IMG/VR virus record: IMGVR_UViG_3300028797_000106
From: a virus
Lineage: Duplodnaviria; Heunggongvirae; Uroviricota; Caudoviricetes
Length of the DNA stretch: 64,000 bases
Reading direction: 5' to 3' (one strand)
Shown: piece by piece, positions 56,116-64,000 of the stretch
Position numbering within the stretch: the stretch's first letter is position 1
How the letters are laid out: each line of letters begins with the position of its first letter
The notes under the pieces: generated by a model
The model's database searches: none
What the model saw: only the letters and a program-made list of their open reading frames with translations
Told to the model about the DNA's origin: nothing
Program-made: the position numbers and the translations under genes

Positions 56116-57102
56116 ATGCCAGTAAAAAGAGACCTAAGTGGTTATTTCGCAGAAATCAAGCAAGCAGCAGAACCGGCTGCTCAGACACGCAAATCTTATA
56201 AGGTTGAGGACGCATTTACGCCGACCTATAAGGACAATAAATTTAGCTGTGTCATTCGTTTCCTCCCATCACATCCTGAAGAATTTAAGCCTTTCATTGA
56301 GAACCGCACCCACATGTTTAAGGTGAACGGTGACCAGTGGTTTGGATGCGACTGTCTTGGCAAGTTCGGCAAGCCTTGTCCGATTTGCGAATACAACAGA
56401 AAGCAGTTCCAGATCTACAAGAACAAGGAAGAAGCTAAGCAGCATTCCTTCGGAAAGGCTCGTTCAAGATATGTATGTAATATCTTGGTGGTTCGTAACC
56501 CGAACAACACTGAACAGGAAGGAAAGGTCTATCGCTTTGAATTTGGTGCTCAGATCATGAAGCTCATCTCTGAAGCCATGACTGACAAGGACGATGGAAT
56601 TGAAGTTAAGAAGGGTATCAACCCGTTTGATTGGTTTGACGGCGCTAACTTCGTTTACGAAGGCGTTAAGACTGCAAACGGACCTAAGCTTGATGCTTCT
56701 CACTTCGGCCCACAACAGCAGATTAACAAGTGGACTGGAAAGAAGTATGAAGACTTGACTGAAAAGGAAATCGACGAAGTTGAAAGCAAGCTTTATCGTC
56801 TCGACGAATGCTACCACAAGGAAGAAGATGTTGCTGATTACAACGGAATTCTTGAACGTTACGAAAAGAAGACCGGTAAGACACTGTTTGACGGTATTCC
56901 TGTCGCAGGAACAGCAGCCGCTTCAAATTCCATCGCATCAACCAATCCGTTCGCTGCACCTGCCGCACCCGCAGCAGCTCCTGCAGTAGAATCATTTGAC
57001 TTTGATGCGCCAGCCGCTGAACCTGTAAAGGCTGCACCGGCTGCTGCTGAAACACTTGACGACGCTGCCTTCTGGGCACAAGTCAATGACCAGCAGGGTT
57101 AA
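56116..57102 (+). CDS. Single-stranded DNA-binding protein, T4 gp32-like
   Basis: CVIRFLPS, zinc ligands C..C...C.C, YVCNILVVRNPNNTEQEGKVYRFEFG and FDGANFV match T4 gp32 blocks; Ala/Pro-rich acidic C-tail. Confidence 0.85.
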   Translation: MPVKRDLSGYFAEIKQAAEPAAQTRKSYKVEDAFTPTYKDNKFSCVIRFLPSHPEEFKPFIENRTHMFKVNGDQWFGCDCLGKFGKPCPICEYNRKQFQIYKNKEEAKQHSFGKARSRYVCNILVVRNPNNTEQEGKVYRFEFGAQIMKLISEAMTDKDDGIEVKKGINPFDWFDGANFVYEGVKTANGPKLDASHFGPQQQINKWTGKKYEDLTEKEIDEVESKLYRLDECYHKEEDVADYNGILERYEKKTGKTLFDGIPVAGTAAASNSIASTNPFAAPAAPAAAPAVESFDFDAPAAEPVKAAPAAAETLDDAAFWAQVNDQQG

Positions 57103-57127
57103 TTCCTTGATGGAATAATTTTTCAAT

Positions 57128-57165
57128 GGGAGCCCTACAAGGCTCCCATTTTTTATTATATTTTG
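57128..57165 (+). terminator. Rho-independent terminator with adjoining TTATATTTT box
   Basis: gggagcc-ctacaa-ggctccc hairpin then attttttattatatttt. Confidence 0.65.
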
Positions 57166-57179
57166 TTTGAGGAAACGGT

Positions 57180-58103
57180 ATGATTGATTTTTATAATGAA
57201 AACCTTCGCATTCTGAATTTCACACACATTGACTTTGACGGAGCTGTCTCCGCTGTCGTGATTAAGAATTACTACAAGAATGTGATTACGGAACAAACGA
57301 ATTACGGAAGAGAACAGGAAATCATCACAAAGGTGAACATTCACCACGGTAAGTATGATGCCATCATCTTCACTGACTTTACACCGACCGAAGGCGGCCC
57401 AGGAATGCTGAAGAATGCGATAGAAGAAATCGCATTTGTGGCGGGCGTGCCTGTCATGGTTCTTGACCATCATGAGTCTGCGTTGAAGTATCATGACCCA
57501 CAGAAAAATGTTTTCATCAACATAGGCTACTGCGGGGCAATGCTTGCTTACAAGTTCTTCAGCGTTAAGAAGGATCTCTCACACATCAAGGATCTTGTCG
57601 GACTCGCAAATGATTATGACTTGTTCACACTGAAGGATCCTCGTGCTATGCCTTTCAATGCTCTTTATTGGCAGATGGGCTTTCAGTGGTTCATGACCCG
57701 CTTTGGAAAGGGCAACACAAATCTTTACCCAGAAGAAAAGCAGTACTTGCTAGAATACAAACAGGCAGTCCAGACAACCTATGATAATCTTCCGGTATCT
57801 GACTTGCCGCATAATGGCTGCTTCTATGAATGTGAAAGATACATGGCTGAAATGAGTCACCGTCTTTCTAAGGATGGGTATCAGTATCAGATCATTAAGC
57901 ACGGAAATGCATTGTCTATCCGTTCGGCAACTGATAACATCAACCTTGTTGAAGTGTGCCAATACATGGGCAAGGGAGGCGGACACCGAAAGGCTGCCGG
58001 CATTCCTCTTCGTGTAGAGGACGACATCAAGCAACTCGTTCAGCAGATTTGTTTCGCTGTTGAACATCAACTTAACACACATAAAGATGGACTACCATTC
58101 TAA
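57180..58103 (+). CDS. DHH-family phosphoesterase (RecJ/NrnA-like)
   Basis: HIDFDGAVSA (motif I), LDHHES (DHH), GGGHRKAAG (DHHA1). Confidence 0.7.
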   Translation: MIDFYNENLRILNFTHIDFDGAVSAVVIKNYYKNVITEQTNYGREQEIITKVNIHHGKYDAIIFTDFTPTEGGPGMLKNAIEEIAFVAGVPVMVLDHHESALKYHDPQKNVFINIGYCGAMLAYKFFSVKKDLSHIKDLVGLANDYDLFTLKDPRAMPFNALYWQMGFQWFMTRFGKGNTNLYPEEKQYLLEYKQAVQTTYDNLPVSDLPHNGCFYECERYMAEMSHRLSKDGYQYQIIKHGNALSIRSATDNINLVEVCQYMGKGGGHRKAAGIPLRVEDDIKQLVQQICFAVEHQLNTHKDGLPF

Positions 58104-58114
58104 AGGAGAATACT

Positions 58115-58324
58115 ATGAAATTTGAGGTAGCAGTCAACTACTCGACAAAGCGCACATTCGAGATCCCTGAAGGTGCGACTGATGAAGAATACGATGCAAT
58201 GAAGCAGATTATCATTGCAAGTATTGAAGCGGAACCGCTGAGCGGAGCTAACATTAAGGTCACCCGCCTTGATGTACCTGCTGACCCACAGCCTAAGTAT
58301 GAAATCAACAAGGAGTGCGACTAA
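58115..58324 (+). CDS. hypothetical protein
   Basis: 69 aa; ggagaatact RBS. Confidence 0.4.
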   Translation: MKFEVAVNYSTKRTFEIPEGATDEEYDAMKQIIIASIEAEPLSGANIKVTRLDVPADPQPKYEINKECD

Positions 58325-58788
58325 TGAAGTGGCGTGTATCGTGGAAATCACAAATGGACTGCAATGATGCTGACTACGCATACGAAGAAGGCGAGTATGG
58401 CGTCGTTGATGATGAAAAGCTCAAGGACATGCAGGATCTTGCCCTTGAAGTAGTGGCAACAGAATTCTACTGCAGCATGTTTGATGACGGCAGCGCTGAT
58501 TTTGATGATGAAGATCTGATTAACCATCTTAAGGCAGATCGCACAATTCAGCGTTTGATGATCCCATGCGACAAGATTGAAGAATTTGCTGGTGGCTGGG
58601 ACGGTTGGGATTACAAGCCTTCTGACCCGACAGGTTGGGGTGGCGGTCATGACCTGAGCGTTTCTTGGACTCGCTTGCCTGCCGATGCAAAGGAAAAGGA
58701 TATATCTGACAACTGGCTGACAACTCCTATCCGTCTGCAAAAGGCAAAAGAAAAGGAAGCAGCCGAAGCAGCAAAGCAAGCTAAGTAA
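58324..58788 (+). CDS. hypothetical acidic protein
   Basis: ATG overlapping the upstream stop (TAATG). Confidence 0.45.
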   Translation: MKWRVSWKSQMDCNDADYAYEEGEYGVVDDEKLKDMQDLALEVVATEFYCSMFDDGSADFDDEDLINHLKADRTIQRLMIPCDKIEEFAGGWDGWDYKPSDPTGWGGGHDLSVSWTRLPADAKEKDISDNWLTTPIRLQKAKEKEAAEAAKQAK

Positions 58789-58806
58789 TCTTCGGAAAAT
58801 TTTTAA

Positions 58807-58835
58807 GCCGGTCCGCGAGGGCCGGTTTTCTTTGT
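58807..58835 (+). terminator. Intrinsic terminator followed by TTAAATTTG box
   Basis: gccggtcc-gcga-gggccggt hairpin then tttctttgttaaatttg; preceded by ggaaaattttt. Confidence 0.55.
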
Positions 58836-58847
58836 TAAATTTGTAAT

Positions 58848-59081
58848 ATGACAGACGCAGAAATAAAAATTTACGCCGACCACTTTGCAGCAGGTCCGCA
58901 ATGTATCTTACCGTTCAAAGGAAGTGACCATCTCCCAGGTGAGAAACCTGAGACAGGTGTCATCTTTTGCCCGTATGTAAAGCCATCAAGATGGCGCAGG
59001 ATTTGGAACCGCATAACAGGAATTTTAAGAAAGAAGAGTGAGCCGGTTGAGTTGACTTATGAACCTTGTGACGATAAATAA
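58848..59081 (+). CDS. hypothetical protein
   Basis: 77 aa. Confidence 0.4.
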   Translation: MTDAEIKIYADHFAAGPQCILPFKGSDHLPGEKPETGVIFCPYVKPSRWRRIWNRITGILRKKSEPVELTYEPCDDK

Positions 59082-59913
59082 TCAGTTTGATAACACGATG
59101 CAGAGCATAGGAATGAACAAAGATGTCTTTGCACGCATTACCAATCTTATTAAGAATCCTCTCATCGTTCCCGATAAGTCAATGATCCCTCAGTGGAAAT
59201 TCTGTTCCGTGCATGGTGAAAAGCGATGCACCGAAAACATTGGAAGCACTGATATTCTTATTCTTGACTTTGATGATGCAACTTATACCATCCAAGAATT
59301 TGAAAACCGTTTTAAGGAATTTAAGTATATCTTGCATACATCGCATTCTTATGATGGGAAGAACAATAAGTTTCGTGTATTGCTGTTTATGGACAAGGAA
59401 TATGACATCAACCGTCTGTTCTTCAAATGCCATGACAAGACATTCAGCCCGTATCATTACATGCTGAATTACTTCCCGCACATTGACCCAGCATCATTTG
59501 TGAAAGCACAGTTCTTCAAGATGCCTGCTTTGAAGGTGCCAGGCGCACCGTATTATTACAACATGCATAATGGAAAATTGTGGTCTCCGGAAAGCATTGA
59601 AGGTTTCCCTTTTGCTTATGCTTTGTGTGAACAAAAACAGGAAGAATACATAAGAAGCATTGATGCCGAGAATAAGAAGCGCCGTGACCAAAATCAAGAC
59701 ATGACGAAGGCAAAGGAATTCGTCAAGCGTAAACTTGATGAAATGCCAGCAGGTATGCGTCATAATGGCGTGTTCGGACTGGCTGCGTGGTTCTCTGGCA
59801 TTGGCGGAACCTATCAAGAATTCTGTTCTATTCCTCGCCCAGCTTGGGCCGATAGAAAGTATGATAAACAAATTCAACGCCTAGCTAATGAATGGTATAA
59901 GATAGGAAGATAA
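59059..59913 (+). CDS. Putative archaeo-eukaryotic-type primase-like protein (AEP)
   Basis: ILILDFDD acidic motif, TSHSYDG; no DnaG/gp61-type primase seen near the helicase; speculative. Confidence 0.35.
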   Translation: MNLVTINNQFDNTMQSIGMNKDVFARITNLIKNPLIVPDKSMIPQWKFCSVHGEKRCTENIGSTDILILDFDDATYTIQEFENRFKEFKYILHTSHSYDGKNNKFRVLLFMDKEYDINRLFFKCHDKTFSPYHYMLNYFPHIDPASFVKAQFFKMPALKVPGAPYYYNMHNGKLWSPESIEGFPFAYALCEQKQEEYIRSIDAENKKRRDQNQDMTKAKEFVKRKLDEMPAGMRHNGVFGLAAWFSGIGGTYQEFCSIPRPAWADRKYDKQIQRLANEWYKIGR

Positions 59914-59914
59914 G

Positions 59915-60112
59915 ATGGATTTGATACTTAAGACATTTGATGTTTTTATGTACATCCTGTTGGGTTGTGCGATACTTACTGCCATTCTTGGCTTGTTAGG
60001 TATGCCGTTATTACTAGTGGAGTTCAACACATTCTTCATAATAGTAGACTTTGTTGGCATTTTAATTACGAGAGCTTTGATGAAGTTCTGTAAGAAGAAA
60101 GGAATTGTTTGA
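59915..60112 (+). CDS. hypothetical small membrane protein
   Basis: 65 aa, two hydrophobic helices. Confidence 0.4.
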   Translation: MDLILKTFDVFMYILLGCAILTAILGLLGMPLLLVEFNTFFIIVDFVGILITRALMKFCKKKGIV

Positions 60113-60113
60113 A

Positions 60114-60410
60114 ATGGACGATAGCAAGTTAGACAAACTGAAGAATGACTTTGATGCGTGGGTGCATGAACTTTATTCACAAGGTGCAGTCAATGCCAAG
60201 GTAGCAAGTCTTGGACATATTCTTAGCCAGCAGAACATTGTAGCTAAGACACGACCGATTAAGTCTTCTTGGGCTTGGATTAGATGCTCAGACGGCAATC
60301 TTCAAGTTCATGTTGACCTCTTAAAGAAGTGTCCGTTCAAAGAATTTGGCGGCATGACTTGCGATGAAGCAGAACATGTGATTAACCATTTCAGCGAGGA
60401 AAGCAAATAA
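60114..60410 (+). CDS. hypothetical protein
   Basis: ATG at 60114. Confidence 0.45.
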   Translation: MDDSKLDKLKNDFDAWVHELYSQGAVNAKVASLGHILSQQNIVAKTRPIKSSWAWIRCSDGNLQVHVDLLKKCPFKEFGGMTCDEAEHVINHFSEESK

Positions 60411-60437
60411 ATACACTGAACGAAAGTGAGGTGTATT

Positions 60438-61181
60438 ATGAAAATTTGTGGACTTGACCTTTCTTATACTTCGCCCGGTATCTGCATTGAAGAACTTGAT
60501 GATAATCTCGATGTGATATCTTGCGAAGGCTATGGTTTTTCAATTCCTAAGTATGCTGGCGGGAACATCGTAGAATACCGCGGTAAGAAAGATTTCCCTG
60601 ATGATTATGCCAGATTTGAATTCTTGCAGGACCACATTCTTAAGTGGGTTCAGGATTGTGAATATGTTTTCGTTGAAGACTACGCAATTAACGCAAGCGG
60701 CTTGGTCTTTGACCTAGCTGAATTTGAAGGCTACATCAAGCAAGCTCTTTACCGTTCTGGAAAGACTTTGCGATTCTATTCGCCGACTACAAACAAGAAA
60801 TTTTATGCAGCATACGGCGGTGCTGACAAGATCTCAATGTATCAGGCTTTCAATGCCTTTACTGGTAAGAAGCCTAACATTTCAAATTTGCCGGTCGTGA
60901 ACAAAGGCGACGGCGTGAAACCAACATCGGATATTATTGACGCCCACGCCCTCTGCGAAATGGGTAGACAAGAACTTCGTCTTCGCAGAAAAATTGACAA
61001 ACTTGAAGATCTTCCTTCTCATGTTCAGGAGGTCTTTGCCCTCAAACAAGAGAAATCACTGAAGAAAATTGAAAAGAAGATTGCCAAAGGAACTGCAAAG
61101 AAACACGAAAAGGTCACGCTTGGCATTACAGAAACGCCGATGATTGGCAAGAACCTCTCAGATTTGGATAGAGGTGTCTAA
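60438..61181 (+). CDS. RuvC-like Holliday junction resolvase
   Basis: MKICGLDLSYTSPGICI N-terminal catalytic Asp context, VEDYA, IIDAHALCEMG resemble RuvC motifs. Confidence 0.6.
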   Translation: MKICGLDLSYTSPGICIEELDDNLDVISCEGYGFSIPKYAGGNIVEYRGKKDFPDDYARFEFLQDHILKWVQDCEYVFVEDYAINASGLVFDLAEFEGYIKQALYRSGKTLRFYSPTTNKKFYAAYGGADKISMYQAFNAFTGKKPNISNLPVVNKGDGVKPTSDIIDAHALCEMGRQELRLRRKIDKLEDLPSHVQEVFALKQEKSLKKIEKKIAKGTAKKHEKVTLGITETPMIGKNLSDLDRGV

Positions 61182-61711
61182 TGTCAATGTTCGGTGCTGA
61201 TTTTGCGACGGGTGAGTTCATTCCAAGATACCCCGGCAAGTGTCTGAACAAAAACGGCAAAATGCCTGGGGTTCATAGCAAGATTACTTTCCGCTCCAGC
61301 TGGGAGTCAATCTTTGCGAACTGGTGTGACATTGAAGACAATGTAATCGAGTGGGGATCTGAATGTATTGAAATCCCTTACTTCTCGCAGATTGACAACA
61401 GGAAACATAAGTATGTCACTGACTTTATTGTCTTGACGAGGAATAAACACACCGGCAAGATTGAAAAGTGGCTCGTGGAAGTCAAGCCTGCATGTCAGGT
61501 ACCGCAGCTTAATGAATGCGGCGCCATCATCTTTCCAGAGCTGAATAAGAAGAAAAAGTTGACACAAAAGAGAATTGATGCGTGGCAGGAACGCTGTAAT
61601 GTACTACGCAGAAATCACGAAAAATGGACAGAAGCTAGGAAATGGGCTAGCCTGCACGGATATGTCTTCAAGATTATCACCCAGGAAGAGCTTGGCTTAC
61701 TCGCGGAATAA
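61181..61711 (+). CDS. hypothetical protein
   Basis: 176 aa; TAATG overlap. Confidence 0.5.
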   Translation: MSMFGADFATGEFIPRYPGKCLNKNGKMPGVHSKITFRSSWESIFANWCDIEDNVIEWGSECIEIPYFSQIDNRKHKYVTDFIVLTRNKHTGKIEKWLVEVKPACQVPQLNECGAIIFPELNKKKKLTQKRIDAWQERCNVLRRNHEKWTEARKWASLHGYVFKIITQEELGLLAE

Positions 61712-61723
61712 ATAAAATAAAAA

Positions 61724-63178
61724 TTGGAGAATTTTAGCATGAAGTCAGATTTTCAGAAATTTCTTACAGAAGGCACAATGCCCAGCACAGGCAACATTGT
61801 GGTATTCTATGGCAGATATAACCCACCACATGTAGGGCACTTGGGCGTTGTGAAGAAACTCGCTGCGATGGCTAAGGAACAAGGCGGCGAAGCAATTATT
61901 TCACTTTCTGGCTCAGAAGACCCTGAAAAGAACCCGCTTACATTTGAAAAGAAGCGTCATTATGTTGAACTGATGTGTAAGCCTTATGGCGTCACAGTTG
62001 ATGACAAGCCTTGTAATAAGGTCTATGATCTTATCCGTGACTGCGCATTCCTTTCACAGAAGCGCGGCGGCGGCACCGTAACATTGCTTGCTGGTTCTGA
62101 CCGCGTCCCTGCATATCAGGGTTTCGCAAAATCACTTCTGAAGAAATATCAAGGCCGTGGTGAAATTCTCGATGTAAATGTTGTTGTTCAGGAAGCAATG
62201 GCTCGTGATTCGGCAGAAGCATTCTCAGCATCACAGATGCGTGCTTTCATTAAGAATGGCGACATTGAAGGCTTCGTTGAGCATGCTCCGTTTGACAACA
62301 AGGAAGAAGCTGAACAGATGTATCATGACTGCGCTAAGGGCATGAACATTGAAGAACATGCTTATCAGCCAGTTTTGGGTAAGTTGCTCGGTGAAGCACA
62401 CATTTCCCACGATGCAAGCGATGTAAGAGCTGCAGCAATGGAAATGGGTAAGGAAGTTTCCGAACACATCAATGAGCTGACCGGAGAACCTGACCATTTG
62501 TGGTTTATCGGCGGTTGTGTTCGTGATGAAGTTTTGGGCAAGACACCGAACGATTTTGACCTTATCACGACAATGTATTACAAGACCTATGCCGAACTGT
62601 TCAACACAAAGGACATTCGTTTCAGAGGTAAGCAGATCATCGTTGTGCCGATTGTGGCAGGTGAAGAATTTGAAACTGCTTGCTTGCATAAGGGAGAAAA
62701 GATTGAAGACAACCTTCAGTTCCGCGATTTGACAATGAATGCTATGGCTCAGGACCTAGCTACTGGAAAGATTGTTGACCCGTGCGGTGGCTTGAAGGAT
62801 ATGAAGATGAAGAAGCTCAACCTAACGAATTTCATGAAGGAAGCGATGGCAGCAGGCGGTCAGCCGGTTGCAGTTCTTCGTGCCATTCGTTTCTACTCAA
62901 CATACGGTTGGGACTTCACCGCTGACTCGCTAGAGACATTGAAGAAATTTAGCGAAGTAAACAAGGGCGTGCTTAAGGTGACACCTCGTCAGTTTGACAA
63001 GGACTGGCAGAAACTTATTAAGGGTTCAAATGTTCAGGGCGCCTTAGATTTGATTGTGGAACTTGGCTTCCATGATTACCTAATGAAATCACAGCCGCTT
63101 TACGCTGAATACCGCAATAAGGATGCTGAAGAAAAACCAGAGGCAGAAGAACCAGTTGAAGGAGCTGAAGAAGAATAA
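61724..63178 (+). CDS. Fusion protein: NadM-type NMN adenylyltransferase-like domain plus CCA/poly(A)-polymerase-type nucleotidyltransferase domain
   Basis: N-terminal VVFYGRYNPPHVGHLGVVKKLA (archaeal NadM GRFQPFHKGHL type). C-terminal WFIGGCVRDEVLGKTPNDFDLITT (class II CCA head-domain GGxVRDxLLG...DxD). Confidence 0.55.
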   Translation: MENFSMKSDFQKFLTEGTMPSTGNIVVFYGRYNPPHVGHLGVVKKLAAMAKEQGGEAIISLSGSEDPEKNPLTFEKKRHYVELMCKPYGVTVDDKPCNKVYDLIRDCAFLSQKRGGGTVTLLAGSDRVPAYQGFAKSLLKKYQGRGEILDVNVVVQEAMARDSAEAFSASQMRAFIKNGDIEGFVEHAPFDNKEEAEQMYHDCAKGMNIEEHAYQPVLGKLLGEAHISHDASDVRAAAMEMGKEVSEHINELTGEPDHLWFIGGCVRDEVLGKTPNDFDLITTMYYKTYAELFNTKDIRFRGKQIIVVPIVAGEEFETACLHKGEKIEDNLQFRDLTMNAMAQDLATGKIVDPCGGLKDMKMKKLNLTNFMKEAMAAGGQPVAVLRAIRFYSTYGWDFTADSLETLKKFSEVNKGVLKVTPRQFDKDWQKLIKGSNVQGALDLIVELGFHDYLMKSQPLYAEYRNKDAEEKPEAEEPVEGAEEE

Positions 63179-64000
63179 TGAAAAGCGCATTTGATTTGCT
63201 AGCAGAAGGTAAAGCAGATCTTATGCTGCATCTTCTGGAGATTGCATCAAAGGGGAAAAACCTGTCAACCAAAATTGACGGTGCCCCTGCTGTTGTAATG
63301 TGGTCAGAATTCCCTGGGCTAAAAGGACCCGGGGTTTCCTTTAAGCTGATTATTCAGCAGACACAGAAAGGCACACCCGGTGCTTACTTCACTTCTGACG
63401 AAGAGATTGATAAGTTCTTCGCAGAAAAGGATATGGAAGAAGGACCGAAGAGACACCGTATTGCATCATTTAAGAATGCTTTGAAGCTCGCCCGCACAGT
63501 TAAGCCAGGAACCATGGTTTGGGGCGATGTATTCTATGGTGAGCCTTCTGAATTAACAGAGGTTGATGGACAACCAGCCTGCACCCCAAACACGCTAGAA
63601 TATGTGTTTACGAACCCACAATGGGTTGAACAGATTGAAAGATCCAACTTCGGTATCTTCGTTCATACGAAGGTCTCTAAGAATTTTGACATCAGTAGAA
63701 TAAGCGATGCAAGCACTTTGCTTGATAAATCGGCAGCCTTTGTCCTTGACCCGAATGATATTGAGCCGAAGATGAAGAACTTCAACGGACCGGCTATAGG
63801 CCAGATCCGAGCACGCATTAACTCATTGCAGTCTTTGAAGGATCCGAAATTCCAGAAGTTGATGCGTAAGGCATTTAAGACAAAGGACTTCTCAATCCTC
63901 GGACCAGACAGCGATAACATCGCAGATCTTTGCCGTTTGATTGGTGAATGCTTGAATGACATCACTGACCAAATCGGTCTTGCCGGTTTCTATACACGAC
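63178..64000 (+). CDS. Putative ATP-dependent nucleic-acid ligase (partial, runs off window end)
   Basis: ATG at 63178; KIDGAP resembles ligase motif I KxDG; open to the window end. Confidence 0.4.
   Translation, partial: MKSAFDLLAEGKADLMLHLLEIASKGKNLSTKIDGAPAVVMWSEFPGLKGPGVSFKLIIQQTQKGTPGAYFTSDEEIDKFFAEKDMEEGPKRHRIASFKNALKLARTVKPGTMVWGDVFYGEPSELTEVDGQPACTPNTLEYVFTNPQWVEQIERSNFGIFVHTKVSKNFDISRISDASTLLDKSAAFVLDPNDIEPKMKNFNGPAIGQIRARINSLQSLKDPKFQKLMRKAFKTKDFSILGPDSDNIADLCRLIGECLNDITDQIGLAGFYTR

Noticed and set aside
1-64000. CRISPR arrays, rRNA, integrase/transposase-type mobile elements
   Set aside because: No direct-repeat/spacer arrays, no rRNA-like segments and no tyrosine/serine recombinase or transposase signatures were seen. 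The only mobile-element-like genes are the HNH and GIY-YIG endonucleases.

Overview
The window reads as a replication and nucleotide-metabolism region from a large T4-like dsDNA phage. Nearly every gene is on the + strand and packed tightly. Intrinsic terminators recur, each followed by an A/T-rich promoter-like box. Recognisable T4-type core genes are a family B DNA polymerase (gp43-like), a gp32-like SSB, a UvsX-like recombinase, a DnaB/gp41-like helicase, a gp42-like dCMP hydroxymethylase, a dNMP kinase, an Rnl1-like RNA ligase with polynucleotide kinase and phosphatase, a RuvC-like resolvase, a DHH phosphoesterase, and GIY-YIG and HNH homing endonucleases. Around these sit several accessory modules: (1) an NAD+ salvage set (NMNAT-Nudix fusion, nicotinamidase, NadE, and a second NadM-like domain fused to a CCA-type nucleotidyltransferase); (2) an AAA+ ATPase paired with a vWA/MIDAS protein; (3) an AT-rich island with a Stealth-family hexose-phosphotransferase and three GT25-like glycosyltransferase paralogs; (4) a putative NDP-sugar biosynthesis operon (KdsC-like phosphatase, SIS isomerase, Rpe-like epimerase, bifunctional nucleotidyltransferase/APH-type kinase) next to a T4 beta-glucosyltransferase-like protein. 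Together with the dCMP hydroxymethylase, module 4 points to a glycosylated 5-hmC DNA hypermodification whose sugar the phage may make itself. Other notable genes are a type IV pilin-like protein, an MFS transporter, a small (p)ppGpp hydrolase, an Hsp20, an SPFH-domain protein and a membrane-anchored lytic transglycosylase. No tRNA, rRNA or CRISPR array was recognised. All functional calls come from motif-level reading of the translations and are unverified by any search.
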